NCBI GenBank assembly: GCA_964474765.1
Contig: CAYYTW010000001.1
Span: forward strand, 1-46,481
Source of the DNA: an uncultured Candidatus Saccharibacteria bacterium
GTDB taxonomy: Bacteria > Patescibacteriota > Minisyncoccia > Portnoybacterales > GCA-002795985
Direction: 5' to 3'
DNA: 46,481 bases
The position numbers and the translations under genes are program-made. Of the stretch, positions 44,083 through 46,481 are shown one piece after another. Positions within the stretch are counted from its first letter, which is position 1. Each line of letters opens with the position of its first letter. A model generated the notes under the pieces. It was given only the letters and a program-made list of their open reading frames with translations, searched no databases and was not told where the DNA came from.

Positions 44083-44460
44083 ATGGCTTATTTATATCAG
44101 GATTTAACTTACAAACTGCGAGGAATATTTTTTGAGGTATATAACAAATTAGGACCGGGGTTGCCAGAGAAAGTTTATCAGAAATCTGTGATTTATGAAC
44201 TGCAAAAAGATAATATTTCCTACGAGACCGAAAAGAACATTAATATCAAATATAAGGATATAAATGTCGGAAAACAAAGGTTGGATTTGGTTGTTGATGG
44301 GAAAATAATCATTGAGGTTAAAGCCACTGATAATATGCATTCGCTTTTTGAAAAACAAACCATTGCTTATCTTAAAGCGTCAGATTACAAGCTGGCTTTA
44401 TTGGTGAATTTTGGCGGGAGTAAACTGGTTATAAAACGATATATTAATATGGATCAGTGA
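44083..44460 (+). CDS. GxxExxY protein (PD-(D/E)XK nuclease-fold family)
   Basis: GLPEKVY is GxxExxY. LDLVVDGKIIIEVKA is a D...ExK-like motif. 125 aa. Confidence 0.82.
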   Translation: MAYLYQDLTYKLRGIFFEVYNKLGPGLPEKVYQKSVIYELQKDNISYETEKNINIKYKDINVGKQRLDLVVDGKIIIEVKATDNMHSLFEKQTIAYLKASDYKLALLVNFGGSKLVIKRYINMDQ

Positions 44461-44496
44461 TATCAGTTTTTATTTATCAGTGTTATCGGTTTTTCT

Positions 44497-44853
44497 ATGT
44501 CTCGCTACGAACACATAAGAATATTTCAATGCGCCTATATGTTGACCATTGAAATATACAAAACGACAGCCAATTTCAACCGGGAATTCAAATACACTCT
44601 TGGAGAAAAGTTAAAAAACGCGGCACACGAAATTCTGGACGCGATAATGAGAACAAACTCAATGCCAGACAGAGAGAAACAAAAATGCTTTCCAGAAATT
44701 GATTTTAAGAAAGAGAATTTGCGCGTGTATTTAAGAATCGCCGCTGATTTAAAATTAATCAGCCCTGGCCGGCTTGGAGTTCTCAATGAAAGAATTGAAG
44801 AGCTTGGCCGACAACTGGGCGGTTGGCAAAAATGGACGGCTAAAAGCAGGTAG
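44497..44853 (+). CDS. avd: four-helix-bundle protein, Avd-like DGR accessory factor
   Basis: 118-aa helical basic protein with a C-terminal ELGRQLGGWQKW resembling the Avd/23S-IVS protein family. It sits between the target gene and the TR, as in canonical DGRs. Confidence 0.75.
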   Translation: MSRYEHIRIFQCAYMLTIEIYKTTANFNREFKYTLGEKLKNAAHEILDAIMRTNSMPDREKQKCFPEIDFKKENLRVYLRIAADLKLISPGRLGVLNERIEELGRQLGGWQKWTAKSR

Positions 44854-45029
44854 TATTTTTGGCCGCCTATTCTTGCCAGAGTTTCCGCTTGCCATGGGCG
44901 GCGGGAAGCGCGCAAGAGAAATGATGGGAATCACAGTCCCGTTCCCTAGGAAAATTTTCTAGGATATTTGACAAAGGCCATACCGAGCTTCGGCAAGGAT
45001 TGGCCGGGAATAATGAATAGTAACGGGAC

Positions 45030-45147
45030 AATGGCTTTCAGAGCAGCACAACAACAACAATGCGCGGATAGCCGGCAATAACGCCTGCTCGAACTTCAAT
45101 AATAATAATGTCAACAATGGCAACAGATTCCGTGCCGTCTTCCGCCC
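45030..45147 (+). repeat. DGR template repeat (TR)
   Basis: Non-coding copy of the VR, rich in AAC/AAT (14 AAY triplets in the VR frame), 103/118 identical to the VR. Confidence 0.9.
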
Positions 45148-45161
45148 TAATGATTCCCGAA

Positions 45162-45200
45162 CTTGAGCCCTTAGCTCTTTATTGGGGCTAAGGGCTCAAG
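45162..45200. other. 14-bp perfect-stem hairpin between the TR 3-prime end and the RT stop codon
   Basis: cttgagcccttagc (45162-45175) pairs with gctaagggctcaag (45187-45200), with an 11-nt loop. No flanking T-run on either strand. Confidence 0.8.
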
Positions 45201-45201
45201 C

Positions 45202-46467
45202 TTAATGAGGCTCTTTCCAAATAAAATAATCGTAATTTCGATTGACCGGCTCAAGATAAATTTTCAGAATCCCGAAGTGCTTTTCATAAAGCGTTTTTCG
45301 CAGATTGTAGCAGTTGGCGTGCTTGAAAAATCCATAAACGGAATTGATTGATGAAAAAATGTGGCGGAAATCATCTGTAAATTTCCTGTTGTCAAAAACT
45401 ATAAATGGATCATTGAAAATTATGTCGCAAGCGCGAGATGTGTCGTTTGGATCAAGCGCTTTCAGAACTTTTTGATTGAAATGCCATAAATTGCTTTTAA
45501 GCTTTTTGACGGTTCGCCGTCTGATAAGCGTATAATCCGGCTTGACTATATATCCGCAAAAATTAATGCCGTTTGTTGCCGGCTGGAGAATCTGCTTTTT
45601 GGGGTGAAGTTTAAGTCGCAGATCGGTTTCCACGAAAGTTTTGATGTCATCGCGCCACTTAAGCAGTTGTCCTTTTGAAGAATTAAGCAACAACAGATCA
45701 TCCATATAGCGGAAATAATATCGGCATTTTAGCGAGTGTTTGATGAATTGATCGAGTTCGTTCAGATAGACATTGGCGAAAAATTGGCTGGTCAAATTGC
45801 CGATGGGCAAGCCGCAATTAACTTTGCCAAAAAGAGATTTATGCGGCGGCACGGATTGTAAAAGTTTCAGGTCGCCTCTCGGGATGTAATTCGTGGTCGG
45901 ATCGTGAGAAATAATTTTTTCGGCCAGCCATAAGATTTCCGGGTTCTTGGCACGCTTTTTAATAAAAGAAAATAGAACGCCCTTGTCTATACTGACGAAA
46001 AAACTTTGAATGTCGGCTTGGAGAAAAAACAAATCCGGGGCGATAATTTTTTTGAGGTAATGGATAGCTTTATGGGCTCCTTTAGTTTGGCGGCAGGCGT
46101 AAGAGTGGAAAACAAACATTTTTTCCCAGACGGGTTCAAGATAGCTAACAAGCAAATGGTGGACAACGCGATCCCGAAAATCAGCGGCCCAGACCTCGCG
46201 CAGTTTCGGGTCAGTGATGGCAAAACAAATTGAGGGGCCGAGCTGGTAATTATGACTTTTTAATTCTTCTTTCAGTTTCAAAAGTTCCGATTCAAAATTC
46301 ATTTCAAATTTGGCCACGTGATAAGTTTTGCGTTTATGTTTTCGGCAATCAAGGTAGGCCTTATAAAGATTTTTGAAATTAAAGAGGTCCGTTCCAAGTT
46401 TTTTGACATTTTTTTCACAGGGTTGCGGTGCATAATGCCAGATACATTCTGGACTCCTTGAGACCAT
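45202..46467 (-). CDS. DGR-type reverse transcriptase
   Basis: RT motifs include PIGNLTSQFFANVYL (the I/LGxxxSQ motif characteristic of DGR RTs) and YFRYMDDLLLL (YMDD catalytic box). The N-terminus LYKAYLDCRKHKRKT...FRDRVVHH is typical. No maturase or endonuclease domains. Confidence 0.92.
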   Translation of the reverse strand: MVSRSPECIWHYAPQPCEKNVKKLGTDLFNFKNLYKAYLDCRKHKRKTYHVAKFEMNFESELLKLKEELKSHNYQLGPSICFAITDPKLREVWAADFRDRVVHHLLVSYLEPVWEKMFVFHSYACRQTKGAHKAIHYLKKIIAPDLFFLQADIQSFFVSIDKGVLFSFIKKRAKNPEILWLAEKIISHDPTTNYIPRGDLKLLQSVPPHKSLFGKVNCGLPIGNLTSQFFANVYLNELDQFIKHSLKCRYYFRYMDDLLLLNSSKGQLLKWRDDIKTFVETDLRLKLHPKKQILQPATNGINFCGYIVKPDYTLIRRRTVKKLKSNLWHFNQKVLKALDPNDTSRACDIIFNDPFIVFDNRKFTDDFRHIFSSINSVYGFFKHANCYNLRKTLYEKHFGILKIYLEPVNRNYDYFIWKEPH

Positions 46468-46481
46468 AATCTCATGGCGTT

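Noticed and set aside
237-44915. Many ORF-track entries antisense to or overlapping the called genes. Examples: 237-506, 566-832, 609-911, 1239-1703, 1472-1864, 14864-15454, 20056-20499, 23920-24462, 29788-30177, 34161-34640, 37468-37953, 38566-39117, 39255-39656, 42781-43293, 44535-44915.
   Set aside because: Each lies within or opposite an ORF with a clear family assignment or a much longer coding frame. Their translations are low-complexity or Arg/Ser/Pro-rich shadow frames with no motifs.
44774-44962. 62-aa ORF between avd and the TR.
   Set aside because: It overlaps the avd 3-prime end in another frame and has no RBS. The region is more plausibly the untranslated 5-prime part of the TR-containing RNA.
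45021-45029. Extending the TR/VR homology further upstream (VR aacagcggaaactggg versus TR aatagtaacgggac).
   Set aside because: It requires indels and T-to-C differences that do not fit adenine-specific mutagenesis. Gap-free homology starts at 43888/45030.
45202-46467. RT as a group II intron maturase or a retron RT.
   Set aside because: There is no X/maturase or endonuclease domain and no intron domain V/VI-like RNA nearby. The catalytic box is YMDD with the DGR-specific IGNLTSQ motif. An adenine-mutagenised TR/VR pair plus an avd-like gene are present.

Overview
The window looks like a chromosomal segment from a small-genome, repeat-rich, uncultivated bacterium. Compact housekeeping genes, many short palindromic repeats and repeat insertions inside genes suggest Patescibacteria/CPR, but that placement is inference only. 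About 1-40 kb is mostly housekeeping. It encodes an M16 peptidase, an AI-2E transporter, RsmI, MetRS, TatD and a complete histidine-utilisation set (HutH, glutamate formimidoyltransferase, cyclodeaminase, HutU, HutI) interrupted by unknown genes. It continues with LeuRS, a sugar nucleotidyltransferase, TsaC, MEP-pathway genes (IspH, Dxr and a fused IspD-IspE), an IMPDH-family protein, an orphan radical-SAM-like protein and tRNA-Leu(CAA). The rest is Rel/SpoT, TopA, DprA, Pth, LepB, HisRS, HIT, S21, YqeY, YbeY and FtsA. About 40-46.5 kb is accessory: an AbiEii-type toxin module, a tandem-repeat coiled-coil protein and a complete diversity-generating retroelement (DGR). The DGR has a 674-aa membrane-anchored target protein whose last ~40 codons are the variable repeat (VR 43888-44005). 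It also has a GxxExxY (PD-(D/E)XK-fold) gene, an Avd-like four-helix-bundle gene, a template repeat (TR 45030-45147) and a DGR-type reverse transcriptase on the opposite strand. TR and VR differ at 15 positions, every one at a TR adenine. The second main theme is several interspersed palindromic repeat/MITE families. Some are inserted in-frame in essential genes (metG, leuS, topA, pth, tatD). One identical 33-nt segment is read in two different frames in LeuRS and TopA. No rRNA genes or CRISPR arrays were seen. All calls come from reading the sequence and ORF translations by eye; no database search was run.
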